In this document: positions 13,508 through 26,697 of the stretch, piece by piece
How positions within the stretch are numbered: position 1 is the first letter of the stretch
Layout of the letters: the number at the start of each line of letters is the position of its first letter
Assembly (NCBI GenBank): GCA_002269645.1
Contig: NIVC01000390.1
Location: forward strand, 62,001-126,000
Reading direction: 5' to 3'
Origin: Macrostomum lignano
Lineage: Eukaryota
Length of the DNA: 64,000 nucleotides
Notes under the pieces: model-generated
Told to the model about the DNA's origin: nothing
Databases searched by the model: none
What the model saw: the letters and a program-made list of their open reading frames with translations, nothing else
Program-made: the position numbers and the translations under genes

Positions 13508-14718
13508 ACACTGGCTCAGCATGTAGTACACGGTGTGATACATTGAATTATCATGTAGTCATACATAGTGTGACACATTGAATCATCATGCAGTACACGG
13601 TGTGACACATTCATTGAATCAGCATATAGTACACGGTGTGTTACACTGGCTCAGCATGTAGAGTACACGGTGTGACACACTGGCTCAGCATGTAGTACAC
13701 GGTGTGACACACTGGCTCAGCATGTACTGGTAGTACACGGTGTGACATATTGAATCAGCATGTAGTACATAGTGTGACATATTGAATCAGCATGTAGTAC
13801 ATAGTGTGACATATTGAATTAGCATGTAGTACACGGTGTGACATATTGAATCAGCATGCAGTACATAGTGTGCCACATTGAATCAGCATGTAGTACACGG
13901 TGTGTCACACTAGCTCAACTACATGCTGAGTACACGGTGTAACACACTAGCTCAACTACATGCTGAGTACACGGTGTGACACATTGAATCAGCATGTAGT
14001 ACACGGTGTGCCACATTGAATCAGCATGTAGTACACGGTGTGTCACACTAGCTCAACTACATGCTGAGTACACGGTGTGACACACTAGCTCAACTACATG
14101 CTGAGTACACGGTGTGACACATTGAATCAGCATGTAGTACACGGTGTGACACATTGAATCAGCATGTAGTACACGGTGTGACACATTGAATCAGCATGTA
14201 GTACACGGTGTGACACATTGAATCAGCATGTAGTACACGGTGTGACACATTGAATCAGCATGTAGTACACGGTGTGACACATTGAATCAGCATGTAGTAC
14301 ACGGTGTGACACATTGAATCAGCATGTAGTACACGGTGTGACACATTGAATCAGCATGTAGTACACGGTGTGACACATTGAATCAGCATGTAGTACACGG
14401 TGTGACACATTGAATCATCATGCAGTACATGGTGTGACACATTCATTGAATCAGCATGTAGTACACGGTGTGATATATTGAATCAACATGCAGTACATAG
14501 TGTGCCACATTGAATCAGCATGTAGTACACGGTGTGTCACACTAGCTCAACTACATGCTGAGTACACGGTGTGACACACTAGCTCAACTACATGCTGAGT
14601 ACACGGTGTGACACACTAGCTCAACTACATGCTGAGTACACGGTGTGACACACTAGCTCAACTACATGCTGAGTACACGGTGTGACACACTAGCTCAGCA
14701 TTTAGAACACGGTGTGAC
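13508..14718. repeat. 32/37-bp minisatellite with an internally inverted unit variant
   Basis: Units cacattgaatcagcatgtagtacacggtgtga and cacactagctcaactacatgctgagtacacggtgtga. Confidence 0.95.
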
Positions 14719-15563
14719 ACAGTTGCTTTGCATAATGAATATACAATGACATTTTTATGCTTGAAAAAAACAGCTCATTCACACTACTTTCAGTATAACT
14801 TTGTATCCCGCTAAGTGAAACTGGGACTACAGATCAAATCTGGTAAAAAAAATTGAGCGCCCCCGCAAACATCTGTTACAGGATATAATTTTCTGTCTGA
14901 CGTGATGAACGGGCACACGGTTGGGGTGGCAGGTGGCAGGAAGCAAACTCACTGCTGCCGGGAGCTCTTAGAGAGGCGGATAACCTGCTAGATGAGCTTC
15001 CGTGCTCACATAGAGCAAGTACGACCCGAGGCGGGTGAGGAAGATCCATCGCCTGCAACAAGCCTCTGTCCTCCCCTATAAGCTGCCTCATCTCTCACTA
15101 GCATTATCCTCCTTCCCCTCAATACTGCAATGCCGGTCTCAATGATGATGCGCTGCAAGGCCCTCTCTCCCCTCTGTTTCTTGTCTCAATTTTCAGTCTA
15201 TTAATCTCTCAATCTACCACTTTCCGCTCTCAGGTAAAAATGCTTTCGAGGCGGAGCAGAAAGATAGAGAGAAAGATAATGAGAGAGGGAGAAAGAGAGG
15301 GAGAGAGAGACGAATGAACCAGACTGCAACTACTTATATCTGTGTCTCTTCATTGTGCAGTTAGTTAATTGTTCATCGCTTTTTTATTTTCCATTTTCCA
15401 GCCTCTGTCATCTCTCTCTTACCCTCCGCTCGTCTGTGCCGATTCTGTATATATGGAAAATATTTTGTTTGTCTACAAACTACGAGTAAGGAAGAGGATA
15501 GGACTAAAAGAAAGGCGATAAATCTATTAGGTCTAGCTATCTTAGTAGGCCAGCCTGAGCACA

Positions 15564-16059
15564 ATGAGCAGCACTGCGGAGCAGAAACAGCGCCAGCGAA
15601 TCGTTCTCGCTGGCAGCGGCCTCCTGACCGACGCCCTGCTAGCCAAGCTCGCCGCTCTGCCGGACGATTTTCAACAGCCAGCGACGCGGCTGCCAGACGC
15701 CGATTCGCTGCAAGATCCGACGGCCGTGTCGGCGGCTCTGGCAGGAGCGGACGCCCTGTTCGTTGAGTTGCCAGCTGAACCGGCCGATCCTGACTGTCTG
15801 ACACGCAGCCAGACGGCCGCCGTCAACCTGATCGCCGGGGCTCGAGACGGCGGCGTTAGTCACGTAATCTGCTGCACGGCAGCTTCGCCGCTGCGCATCC
15901 TGGGCGTGTCAGCTCGAAGGATGGACGCCTGGGCCCAGGCTGAGCCGCTGTGGCGCGACTCCGGCCTGCCGGTCACCTACCTGGTGCTGCCGGTGCTGTA
16001 TCAGGCCCTGCTGCAGGACTGCCTGCGGCCGAGGCGGATCGGGGGACACGCCTGCTTGG
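15564..16059 (+). CDS. NmrA-like (NMRAL1/HSCARG-like) atypical SDR, exon 1
   Basis: Rossmann-like start RIVLAGSGLL, then D..AVSAALAGADALF, AGARDGGVSHVI, E..WRDSGLPVTYL..P.LYQ. GT donor at 16060, phase 1. Confidence 0.8.
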
Positions 16060-16082
16060 GTTGGTGCCGCTTGTGCTATGCC

Positions 16083-17000
16083 TTAGATAGGCCATAGATT
16101 GGCCAAAGATAGGCCATAGATAGGCCATAGCTAGATGCCATAGCCAGGCCATAGCTAGATGCCATAGACAGGTTATAGCTACATGTAGATTCCATAGATA
16201 GGCCATAGCTAGACGTCATAGCTAAATTTCATAGATAGGCCATAGCTACATTCCATAGATAGGCCATAGCTAGATTTCATAGATAGGCCATAGCTATATT
16301 TCATAGATAGGCCATAGCTACATTCCATAGATAGGCCATAGCTAGACGTCATAGATAGGCTATAGCTAAATTTCATAGATAGGCCATAGCTAAATTTCAT
16401 AGATAGGCCATAGCTACATTCCATAGATAGGCCATAGCTAGACGTCATAGATAGGCCATAGCTAGATGTCATAGATAAGCCATAGCTACATTCCAAAGAT
16501 AGGCCATAGCTAGATGTCATAGATAGACAATAGCCACATGTCATAAATAGGCCATAGCTAGATGCCATAGATAGGCCATAGCTAGACGTCATAGATAGGC
16601 CATAGCTACATGCCATAAATAGGCCATAGCTAGATGCTATAGCTAGATGCCAAACGGCCATAGCTAGACGTCATAGATAGGCCATAGCTACATGCCATAA
16701 ATAGGTCATAGCTAGATGCTATAGCTAGATGCCAAACGGCCATAGCTAGATGTCATAGATAGGCCATAGCTAAATTTCATAGATAGGCCATAGCTACATT
16801 CCATAGATAGGCCATAGCTAGACGTCATAGATAGGCCATAGCTAGATGCCATAGATTGGTCATTGCTAGATGTCATAGATAGGCCATAGCTACATTCCAT
16901 AGATAGGCCATAGCTAGACGTCATAGATAGGCCATAGCTAGATGTCATAGATAAGCCATAGCTACATTCCAAAGATAGGCCATAGCTAGATGTCATAGCT
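16083..17000. repeat. 24-bp minisatellite (ataggccatagctagacgtcatag)
   Basis: NmrA-like gene, intron 1. Confidence 0.95.
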
Positions 17001-17556
17001 ATGGTCTTAGATGCCACGGATAGGCCTTGTTATTGTTACCACTCAGCATGGATAGAGTTAGCAGCTCTTGGTTGATCTCTGCCTCAAGGCGGGGCCCAAC
17101 ACGGCAGCAGCTACCAGTATATTTACCATAGACATCGCATCGGCATTCTAGTATGCAGAATATGCATATACATGCAACAGGCCTAAGGTATACTACAGAT
17201 GAGTCAATCCGATCCAACAGCCTGTACTAGCTGTATTTCAGTGAATTTTGCTGTTTTTTTTAATTTAGCTACGTGATCGAAATCTCATTTCCTAAATGCT
17301 TCAAGAAGAAATTGACTTTTGAATTATTTAACCAATTAGTTGAATATCCGCGTATTATTCTATCATTCGTTTTCTGATAGTTACTTTCCCGTTGACTTTT
17401 TAAAATAATTTCCAGAAAAGGATTCGCTGGTTGGTTTTCTGGTAAAATTTCAAAAAGTTTCCGGTTTTTTTTGAAGTTTCAATTCAACTTAAAAGAAATG
17501 ATTTTCTAATAACTATTAATTAACTTCAAATTAATTGTCTGATAACTTTTGCGCAG

Positions 17557-17747
17557 CAATTCCCTGCGGCGGCGAGCCAATCGACATGATGGACGCGGAC
17601 GATATTGCCGAGATTGTGCTTAACTGTCTGCAGCTTGGCAACGGTTGCTATGGACGCTGCCTGCCCCTATCGGCCGGCAAGATTACTGTACAGCAGCTGG
17701 TGGAAATTCTCAGCCGAGAGTTGGGCGTTCACGTCATCGATCAGAAG
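17557..17747 (+). CDS. NmrA-like protein, exon 2
   Basis: GCAG acceptor; phase 1 joins to form GCA. IPCGGEPIDMMDADDIAEIV...ITVQQLVEILSRELG is typical of the NmrA family. GTGATG donor at 17748, phase 0. Confidence 0.8.
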
Positions 17748-17954
17748 GTGATGCCGGAAGATCTGTCTTTTAATTTGCTTGAAAGAAATCATTAATCTGA
17801 TAAGTGAGATAGCGGGGCAGGTTTTGAAAGCTGGCTGCGGGTGGCAGAGCGTGGCAATTATTGCTATTCCCCAGTCGCTAGGTATCAAGTCCAGACTGTT
17901 CTTTCTTTTCGAGTGAATCTGGTTTTATTATCATGTTAAATGATTTTTTACCCA

Positions 17955-19313
17955 AGTTTATCCTCTTTCACACCCCAGTTTATCCTCCTTCACATTCCAG
18001 TTTATCCTCCTTCACATTCCAGTTTATCCTCCTTCACATCCCAGTTCATCCTCCTTCACATCTCAGTTTATCCTCCTTCACACCCGAGCTTATCCTCCTT
18101 CACACCCCAGCTTATCCTCCTTCACACCCCAGCTTATCCTCCTTCACACCCCAGCTCATCCTCCTTCACATCTCAGTTTATCCTCCTTCACACCCCAGCT
18201 CATCCTCCTTCACACCCCAGCTCATCCTCCTTCACAACCCAGCTCATCCTTCTTCACGTGTCAGTTTATCCTCCTTCACACCCGAGCTTATCCTCCTTCA
18301 CACCCCAGCTTATCCTCCTTCACACCCCAGCTTATCCTCCTTCACACCCGAGCTTATCCTCCTTCACATCCCAGTTTATCCTCCTTCACACCCGAGCTTA
18401 TCCTCCTTCACACCCCAGCTTATCCTCCTTCACACCCCAGCTTATCCTCCTTCACACCCCAGCTTATCCTCCTTCACACCCCAGCTTATCCTCCTTCACA
18501 TCCCAGTTTATCCTCCTTCACACCCGAGCTTATCCTCCTTCACACCCAGCTTATCCTCCTTCACACCCCAGCTTATCCTCCTTCACACCCCAGCTTATCC
18601 TCCTTCACACCCCAGCTTATCCTCCTTCACATCCCAGTTTATCCTCCTTCACACCCAGCTCATCCTCCTTCACATCTCAGCTCATCCTCCTTCACACCCA
18701 ACTCATCCTCCTTCACACCCAGCTCATCCTCCTTCACACCCCAGCTTATCCTCCTTCACACCCCAGCTTATCCTCCTTCACACCCCAGCTTATCCTCCTT
18801 CACATCTCAGTTTATCCTCCTTCACACCCCGGCTCATCCTCCTTCACACCCCAGCTTATCCTCCTTCACACCCCAGCTTATCCTCCTTCACACCCCAGCT
18901 TATCCTCCTTCACATCTCAGTTTATCCTCCTTCACACCCCGGCTCATCCTCCTTCACACCCCAGCTTATCCTCCTTCACACCCCAGCTTATCCTCCTTCA
19001 CACCCTAGCTTATCCTCCTTCACATCCCAGTTTATCCTCCTTCACACCCAGCTCATCCTCCTTCACATCTCAGCTCATCCTCCTTCACACCCAACTCATC
19101 CTCCTTCACACCCAGCTCATCCTCCTTCACACCCGGCTCATCCTCCTTCACACCCAACTCATCCTCCTTCACACCCGGCTCATCCTCCTTCACACCCGGC
19201 TCATCCTCCTTCACACCCAGCTTATCCTCCTTCACACCCGGCTCATCCTCCTTCACACCCGGCTCATCCTCCTTCACACCCGGCTCATCCTCCTTCACAC
19301 CCAGCTCATCCTC
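17955..19313. repeat. 21/22-bp minisatellite (cacaccccagcttatcctcctt)
   Basis: NmrA-like gene, intron 2. Confidence 0.95.
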
Positions 19314-19811
19314 CATGTTTATCCCATCTCAAATTTTGCTGAAGAGTTTATACCTCAGAAACAAATGAGTAGTCATATGTTGGCTTGTGAGAGCATTTAG
19401 CAGGGCAATGCATGGCAACTGTGTCCCCACTGGAATATCAATAATATATTAGTCGCTGAAGTCAGATGGGATAGGATAGCTAACTCTTGTCAGAGGTTCT
19501 GGCTCCCCGCTGCACATACTAATGCCAGCTGATCGATAATACGAGGTCGACCCTGATCTTGTTAGAACAGGAGAAGCAACTGGTCTTCCTACCAAGAGCT
19601 TTTTGGCCTTTCTATAAGATCAGATGAAGAGCACATTGCTAATATACATGCTATACAGTACAGATTCCCCTTGTACAGATTTTTCCACTTGGTTTCGAAT
19701 TCAGTCGGAATAGCTGGTCTAGTAGACTGGGGGAAATTGGGCAGTCTCGGCAATGAAATCTGTTTTAAAACTTTTCTTTTATTGTTAAAAATATGCACTA
19801 TTTATCTCCTC

Positions 19812-20015
19812 CCCTGTCCCACTCTCACCTGTCCCACTCTCACCTGTCCCACTCTCACCTGTCCCACTCTCACCTGTCCCACTCTCACTTGTCCCACTCT
19901 CACCTGTCCCACTCTCACCTGTCCCACTCTCACCTGTCCCACTCTCACCTGTCCCACTCTCACCTGTCCCACTTTCACCTGTCCCACTCTCACCTGTCCT
20001 ACTCTCACCTGTCTC
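19812..20015. repeat. 15-bp minisatellite (cacctgtcccactct)
   Basis: Direct inspection. Confidence 0.95.
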
Positions 20016-20404
20016 TCACGACTCAATTCTCTTAATTTGTCTAATCCTTCGCCTTCTGCCTTGACCGGCTTTAGTTCATCCCCTCTCAGGGCCGCATGGA
20101 ATAGTAACCAGATGCCAGCGCACATTGCAAGTAGATAAAAACGGTAGATAAGCCCTGAGGTCAAACAGTCTCTAAAAAACCGCTAATCTTGAATAAAATC
20201 TGAATCTTATAGAGACCGTCTTTCTGTAGCTATCGACTCGAACGCCGTTTATTCTTATAGTCAGCAACATCGTCATGTTTCGCCAACAGGGAGGGAAAAA
20301 AACAGGAGTTATGTTTCAAATATTCAAATTCATTGTAGTACGGCGGATTTGAGTTATAAAAAGTTGATTTAAAAAGTGCAAATGCCTTTTTGTAAATGGT
20401 GGGG

Positions 20405-21210
20405 ATGCAGAGACACAGTCAAGAAGATGCAGAGACACAAGTGATTAGATGCAGAGACACAGGTGATGAGATGCAGAGACACAGGTGATGAGATGTAGAG
20501 ACACAGATGATGAGATGCAGAGACACAGGTGATGAGATGCAGACACACAGGGGATGAGGTGCAGACACACAGGTGATGAGATGCAGAGACACAGGTGATG
20601 AGATGCAGACACACAGGTGATGAGATGCAGACACACAGGTGATGAGGTGCAGAGACACAGGTGATGAGGTGCAGACACACAGGTGATGAGATGCAGAGAC
20701 ACAGGTGATGAGATGCAGAGACACAGGTGATGAGATACAGAGACACAGGTGATGAGATGCAGACACACAGGTGATGAGATGCAGAGACACAGGTGATGAG
20801 ATGTAGACACACAGGTGATGAGATGCAGACACACAGGTGATGAGGTGCAGAGACACAGGTGATGAGATGCAGACACACAGGTGATGAGGTGCAGAGACAC
20901 AGGTGATGAGGTGCAGACACACAGGTGATGAGATGCAGAGACACAGGTGATGAGATGCAGAGACACAGGTGATGAGATACAGAGACACAGGTGATGAGAT
21001 GCAGACACACAGGTGATGAGATGCAGACACACAGGTGATGAGATGCAGAGACACAGGTGATGAGATGCAGAGACACAGGTGATGAGATGCAGACACACAG
21101 GTGATGAGATGCAGACACACAGTGATGAGATGCAGACACACAGTGATGAGATGCAGACACACAGGTGATGAGATGCAGACACACAGGTGATGAGATGCAA
21201 AGACACAGGT
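20405..21210. repeat. 22-bp minisatellite (gagatgcagagacacaggtgat)
   Basis: Direct inspection. Confidence 0.95.
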
Positions 21211-21304
21211 GAGGCGACTACAAGAGTGATAAGTGAAGCTTTAGCACCTGCTAAACTAATATGTGAGTTACATAAAATGCCATCAATAAAAACAAATCCG
21301 GCAG

Positions 21305-21505
21305 ATCACGTGCGAGCAGCTGCGCTCCCGGGGCGATGCAGCTTCAATTGACCTCGGCAACGCCTTCGAGTTTGTGCTGCGAGTCGACCAGCAGCTCAAG
21401 CGCTCGGTGGCTGAGCGCTACCTCGAGCCGCGTCGGCCCGTCGACTTTGCCGACTGGTGCGCCAGGAACCGCGAACAGCTTCTGGCTGCCCTTGAGCGAC
21501 CGTGA
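21305..21505 (+). CDS. NmrA-like protein, exon 3 (absent from ORF track)
   Basis: GGCAG acceptor, phase 0. ITCEQLRSRGDAASIDLGNAFEFVLRVD...DFADWCARNREQL...TGA resembles the NMRAL1 C-terminus (..DLANMFRFY....LDQWLEQHK). Confidence 0.8.
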   Translation: MTCEQLRSRGDAASIDLGNAFEFVLRVDQQLKRSVAERYLEPRRPVDFADWCARNREQLLAALERP

Positions 21506-21721
21506 CCCGACTTGACCTTTGCCGCGGCGGGAGCTGACGTTGCCGCTTCATTGCTCAGAATGAGCTCCATCAGAATTTTTGGTTAACTAATGGAACACAT
21601 TTGAAACCTAACTTTTTACAGTAAATATCACTGGAAAGAAATTTTAAAGGTCTGTACGCTTTATTTGATGCACAAATATAAGCATATTTTCATTATATTG
21701 ATATTAAAATTGCAATTAAGC

Positions 21722-22932
21722 TTAGTATAGAAGAAAGGGCCGGCTGTTCCAGTGTGCTGCACGGGGTGAGCTGAGTCTAGTAGAGAAGAGAGGGCCGGCT
21801 GTTCCAGTGTGCCGCACGGGATGAGCTGAGTCTAGTAGAGAAGAGAGGGCCGGGTGTTTCAGTGTGCCGCATGGGATGAGCTGAGTCTAGTAGAGAAGAG
21901 AGGGCCGGGTGTTTCAGTGTGCCGCACGGGGTGAGCTGAGTCTAGTAGAGAAGAGAGGGCCGGGTGTTCCAGTGTGCCGCACGGGGTGAGCTGAGTCTAG
22001 TAGAGAAGAGAGGGCCGGGTGTTTCAGTGTGCCGCACGGGGTGAGCTGAGTCTAGTAGAGAAGAGAGGGCCGGGTGTTCCAGTGTGCCGCACGGGTGAGC
22101 TGAGTCTAGTAGAGAAGAGAGGGCCGGGTGTTTCAGTGTGCCGCACGGGATGAGCTGAGTCTAGTAGAGAAGAGAGGGCCGGGTGTTCCAGTGTGCCGCA
22201 CGGGATGAGCTGAGTCTAGTAGAGAAGAGAGGGCCGGGTGTTTCAGTGTGCCGCACGGGATGAGCTGAGTCTAGTAGAGAAGAGAGGGCCGGGTGTTCCA
22301 GTGTGCCGCACGGGATGAGCTGAGTCTAGTAGAGAAGAGAGGGCCGGGTGTTTCAGTGTGCCGCACGGGATGAGCTGAGTCTAGTAGAGAAGAGAGGGCC
22401 GGCTGTTCCAGTGTGCCGCACGGGATGAGCTGAGTCTAGTAGAGAAGAGAGGGCCGGGTGTTTCAGTGTGCCGCACGGGATGAGCTGAGTCTAGTAGAGA
22501 AGAGAGGGCCGGGTGTTTCAGTGTGCCGCACGGGATGAGCTGAGTCTAGTAGAGAAGAGAGGGCCGGGTGTTTCAGTGTGCCGCACGGGATGAGCTGAGT
22601 CTAGTAGAGAAGAGAGGGCCGGGTGTTTCAGTGTGCCGCACGGGATGAGCTGAGTCTAGTAGAGAAGAGAGGGCCGGGTGTTTCAGTGTGCTGCACGGGG
22701 TGAGCTGAGTCTAGTAGAGAAGAGAGGGCCGGCTGTTCCAGTGTGCCGCACGGGATGAGCTGAGTCTAGTAGAGAAGAGAGGGCCGGGTGTTCCAGTGTG
22801 CCGCACGGGATGAGCTGAGTCTAGTAGAGAAGAGAGGGCCGGGTGTTCCAGTGTGCCGCACGGGATGAGCTGAGTCTAGTAGAGAAGAGAGGGCCGGGTG
22901 TTTCAGTGTGCCGCACGGGTGAGCTGAGTCTA
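21722..22932. repeat. 55-bp minisatellite, about 22 highly homogeneous copies
   Basis: ctagtagagaagagagggccgggtgtttcagtgtgccgcacgggatgagctgagt. Confidence 0.95.
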
Positions 22933-23634
22933 GAGTGCAATTAGGCAAGCCGGATCTCCTTAAAGTACATCTGTGTAAGTTGAATCAGTAAAAGTGAACA
23001 CCGAAGACAGGCAAGGAGACAAAACCTCGTTATTCAACCTTCATAGCTTTTCCAGATTACTTAAATAACTTATTAATCGATAATAAGTAAAATTATGCCC
23101 ATATAGGTTCAAAAGCTCGATAATACATGTACTTGTTCATAAATTGCAGCCCAATTCGATGCCTTATTCCCGTGAAATTTGGATTTTTCGAATCTCAGCT
23201 GCACCTATAACCTGCGGGGACGATTAAATATTCATGAATCAAAATCGGGAATTTTATCGCGAATTGCAGCAATTTCTATTCGGTTTTTGCGCCTCGAGTG
23301 GCTGCAAGTATCCAACTCGAATTCAAGCTCAACTCAGAGCGATGAGCACGAATTCTCGGACGCTTGGTTATGGAATAATTTCGTGTTAATTATGCTAAAT
23401 AATCCCTCTGATGGCGTCAAAAAGCATTGATTTCCATTTTCTTCAGGGGACCTGCTGTAGCTATCATCGCCGACGGGCGATTCTTTCAGAGAATATTTCC
23501 GCATGAGTTTAGCAGACTCTTTCTTAGGTAACTTCTCAGAAAGTAACCAGTTATGTTCTAAAAAGCAGTGAAAGATTCTTGGGTGAGATTCCTAAATTCA
23601 TACACACGAATAGAGATTCCTTGATTAATATTCT

Positions 23635-23970
23635 CGGTGAGATTCGCAGGGAGAGATTCACAGGAGGAGATTCACAAGGTGAGATTCACAGGATGAGGTT
23701 CACAGGCTGAGATTCACAGGATGAGATTCACAAGGTGAGATTCAAAAAAGTGAGATTCAAAGATTGAAGTTCACAGGGTGAGATTCACAGGGAGAGATTC
23801 ACAGGGTGAGATTCACAGGGTGAGATTCACAAGGTGAGATTTACAGGGAGATGTTTACAGGGAGAGATTTACAGGGAGAGATTTTCAGGCTGAGATTCAA
23901 AGGGTGAGATTCACAGGCTGAGATTCACTTGGAGAGATTCACAGGGTGGGATTCACAGGGTGAGATTTCC
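23635..23970. repeat. Degenerate 14-bp minisatellite (gagattcacagggt)
   Basis: Direct inspection. Confidence 0.85.
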
Positions 23971-24581
23971 AAGGCAAGCTACTAAGTGGATTAGCAGACT
24001 CCTCACGCCTTCAACAAAACACTGGAGCACATTAGTTATTAGTGTTTCGAGCTCGAGCTAATCTCCACAGCTGGACGTTCGTGAGAATATTTTTCTCTAC
24101 AGAGCAAATGTTCTTGCAGCTGACCGCTTCTTGCAGCTACTAGGCGGATAGGCACAGGCCTATTGGTTTCCATTCTGCTGCCCGCTGCGGTAATTAACCA
24201 TTAGCCAAAGAGACGCTGCGGCGGCACCGACGAAGCGGAAGAAGGTACCGCAGGCCCAGCCGAGAACAGCTCACAATTAAGCCCACTTTGGTTTTTACAG
24301 CTGTGCTCGACCCAAAGGGAAGTTTTCCCTTTCCTTACTCTGCTTCTTTTTTTTCCCCTTTGCTCTGAAGCTTCATTCACCCAGCTTGCAAGGGAGCAGG
24401 CTGGGCCCGCCAATGCCAAATAGCAGCCAATGAATGCACTATTTGCCCCCCCCCCCTGCCCGTCTGCATCCACAAAGATAAACGCTTGCCCGCTTGGCTG
24501 AACCAACTCACTGACAGTCCCAGCCACCTGTGGGGGATACGCATTCAGATAAAATACTGAAATACGGCCCAGCCGGCAGCA

Positions 24582-24868
24582 ATGCCTCTAACAAACAATA
24601 CTAGCTCAGTAGTCATTGCTGAAAGCAGCAACTGGAAGCATTACGCCTTAGCCGGCTGGTGCAGTGCAGTGTTCTTAGCCAGCTTCATCTCGAACGGGCT
24701 AGCCGCCTACAACATCCTGGCCTCGCCATCCTTGCGCAATCCGTCAATGCACGTGCTGTGCTCCGGCTTCGTTGGCAACTGTCTGTGCGTGCTGTCGGCC
24801 GCCTCGCTTAACTTGGCGTCGGCTTGGCTGGCCGGAGAGTGGGCCTTCCACATGGCCTGGTGCTACTG
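24582..24868 (+). CDS. Opsin, exon 1 (TM1-TM2, start of TM3)
   Basis: ATG with N-glycosylation sequon NNT. N1.50 (SNGL), SLRNPS loop, GEWAF..WC (Cys110). GTGAGA donor, phase 2. Confidence 0.85.
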
Positions 24869-25759
24869 GTGAGACTGGGCTGCTCAGGGGGAGGAGGGAC
24901 TTCAGGCGGTTTCTATTAATCCAGGTTGTTGTGTACTATAGAACAGAGCGGATCTGGTAGCATTAACATTAGCGGTCAACCTCTACTTAACTGTCTTGCA
25001 GCAGCGCTGTTGATATCCACTGGATTAGTTGAAAAAAATCTGCATTAAAGATGTCGGAATCCAACGCAATTGTGAGACCCCCTGCTGAAAAAATGACATA
25101 AAGTCAAAATCTGCAACTCTGAACTAAAAGCACTCGGTTTTGCTTCATAATCATACGAGTATATGGAACATTTCAAGCCGCCTGTCACGCAGTTTGAGTC
25201 GGTTTGGCTTCTGGAATATTAGGGGGGGGGGAGGCAGGCAGAAAAAGCGGGAATCAATTTCGGCTCTAGTGGAATATACTTCAATAAAAACTGCCGTCTC
25301 CGCCTCGATCTCCAGCAAGCCGAGAGGAGCCGATCAGCTCTAGGTAGAGAGAGATATTTGCGGAGGCTGCAAGCCCTACACCAGCCATATTGGTTAGCGG
25401 GCTTGTGGTTGAGTGCGTCTAGAAAGCTTCTTCAAGCCAGCGTAGTTGCCGCAAAGTCCAACTAACATTTGGCAAAGCATAATTTATTTGATTGAAGACG
25501 TCGGTCGAGTCTGGACTTAAGTAGACAGCGAGCCAATGATAGAGCACTCGACGAATTAGGCAACTTCAATCAACTGTCAAAGATTTTCGGTTTTGCAACA
25601 AGTTAAGCGTATTGTGTAGCGTTAGAGGAAGCTAAATTCAGTTGATGCTACAAGCTGGTTTACTGACAGACGGCAAGATTTATTCGCTAAAGCATTTGAT
25701 CAACTGTAGCGATAGACATCGGACCCGATAAACATCAAAACAGTCTGCCGGCTTGGGTA

Positions 25760-25760
<1 letters not shown>

Positions 25761-25810
<50 letters not shown>

Positions 25811-26638
25811 TACACACAACAAGATGAAAAATAGGAAATAAAGAACAAACGTACAGAATCAAAGAGAGTCAGAGAGAATTGGAGAGAGTAAAAAATTGGA
25901 GAGAGTCAGAGAGAATCGGAGAGAGTCAGAGAGAATCAGAGAGAGTCAGAAAATCGGAGAGAGTCAGAGAGAATCGGAGAGAGTCAGAGAGAATCAGAGA
26001 GAGTCAGAAAATCGGAGAGAGTCAGAGAGAATCGGAGAGAGTCAGAGAGAATCGGAGAGAGTCAGAGAGAATCGGAGAGAGTCAGAGAGAATCAGAGAGA
26101 GTCAGAAAATCGGAGAGAGTCAGAGAGAATCGGAGAGAGTCAGAGAGAATCGGAGAGAGTCAGAGAGAATCGGAGAGAGTCAGAGAGAATCGGAGAGAGT
26201 CAGAGAGAATCGGAGAGAGTCAGAGAGAATCAGAGAGTCAGAGAGAATCGGAGAGAGTCAGAGAGAATCAGAGAGAGTCAGAAAATCGGAGAGAGTCAGA
26301 GAGAATCGGAGAGAGTCAGAGAGAATCGGAGAGAGTCAGAGAGAATCGGAGAGAGTCAGAGAGAATCGGAGAGAGTCAGAGAGAATCAGAGAGTCAGAGA
26401 GAATCGGAGAGAGTCAGAGAGAATCGGAGAGAGTCAGAGAGAATCGGAGAGAGTCAGAGAGAATCAGAGAGTCAGAGAGAATCGGAGAGAGTCAGAGAGA
26501 ATCGGAGAGAGTCAGAGAGAATCGGAGAGAGTCAGAGAGAATCGGAGAGAGTCAGAGAGAATCGGAGAGTCAGAGAGAATCGGAGAGAGTCAGAGAGAAT
26601 CGGAGAGAGTCAGTAAGAATCGGAGAGAGTCAGAGAAT
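25761..26638. repeat. (CT)n-(CA)n, linker and 20-bp minisatellite (gagagtcagagagaatcgga)
   Basis: Same composite as 28606-29027; opsin intron 1. Confidence 0.95.
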
Positions 26639-26697
26639 CCAAAGAAACGAAAGACGAAAACTTTGTCAAACTTTTGCCGCCCGAAAAATCCAAAAAG

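Noticed and set aside
17933-19400. 469-aa and 486-aa His/Pro/Ser-rich ORFs
   Set aside because: They translate a 21/22-bp minisatellite inside intron 2 of the NmrA-like gene, and several frames are open.
20405-21210. Hammerhead ribozyme/retrozyme satellite (gtgatgag; also ctgatgaaa at ~28335)
   Set aside because: No complete CUGANGA-stem II-GAAA core found by eye. An Infernal scan would be decisive.
21722-22932. CRISPR-like regular array (and other arrays)
   Set aside because: Head-to-tail repeats with no unique spacers, no cas genes, and eukaryotic intron-exon context.
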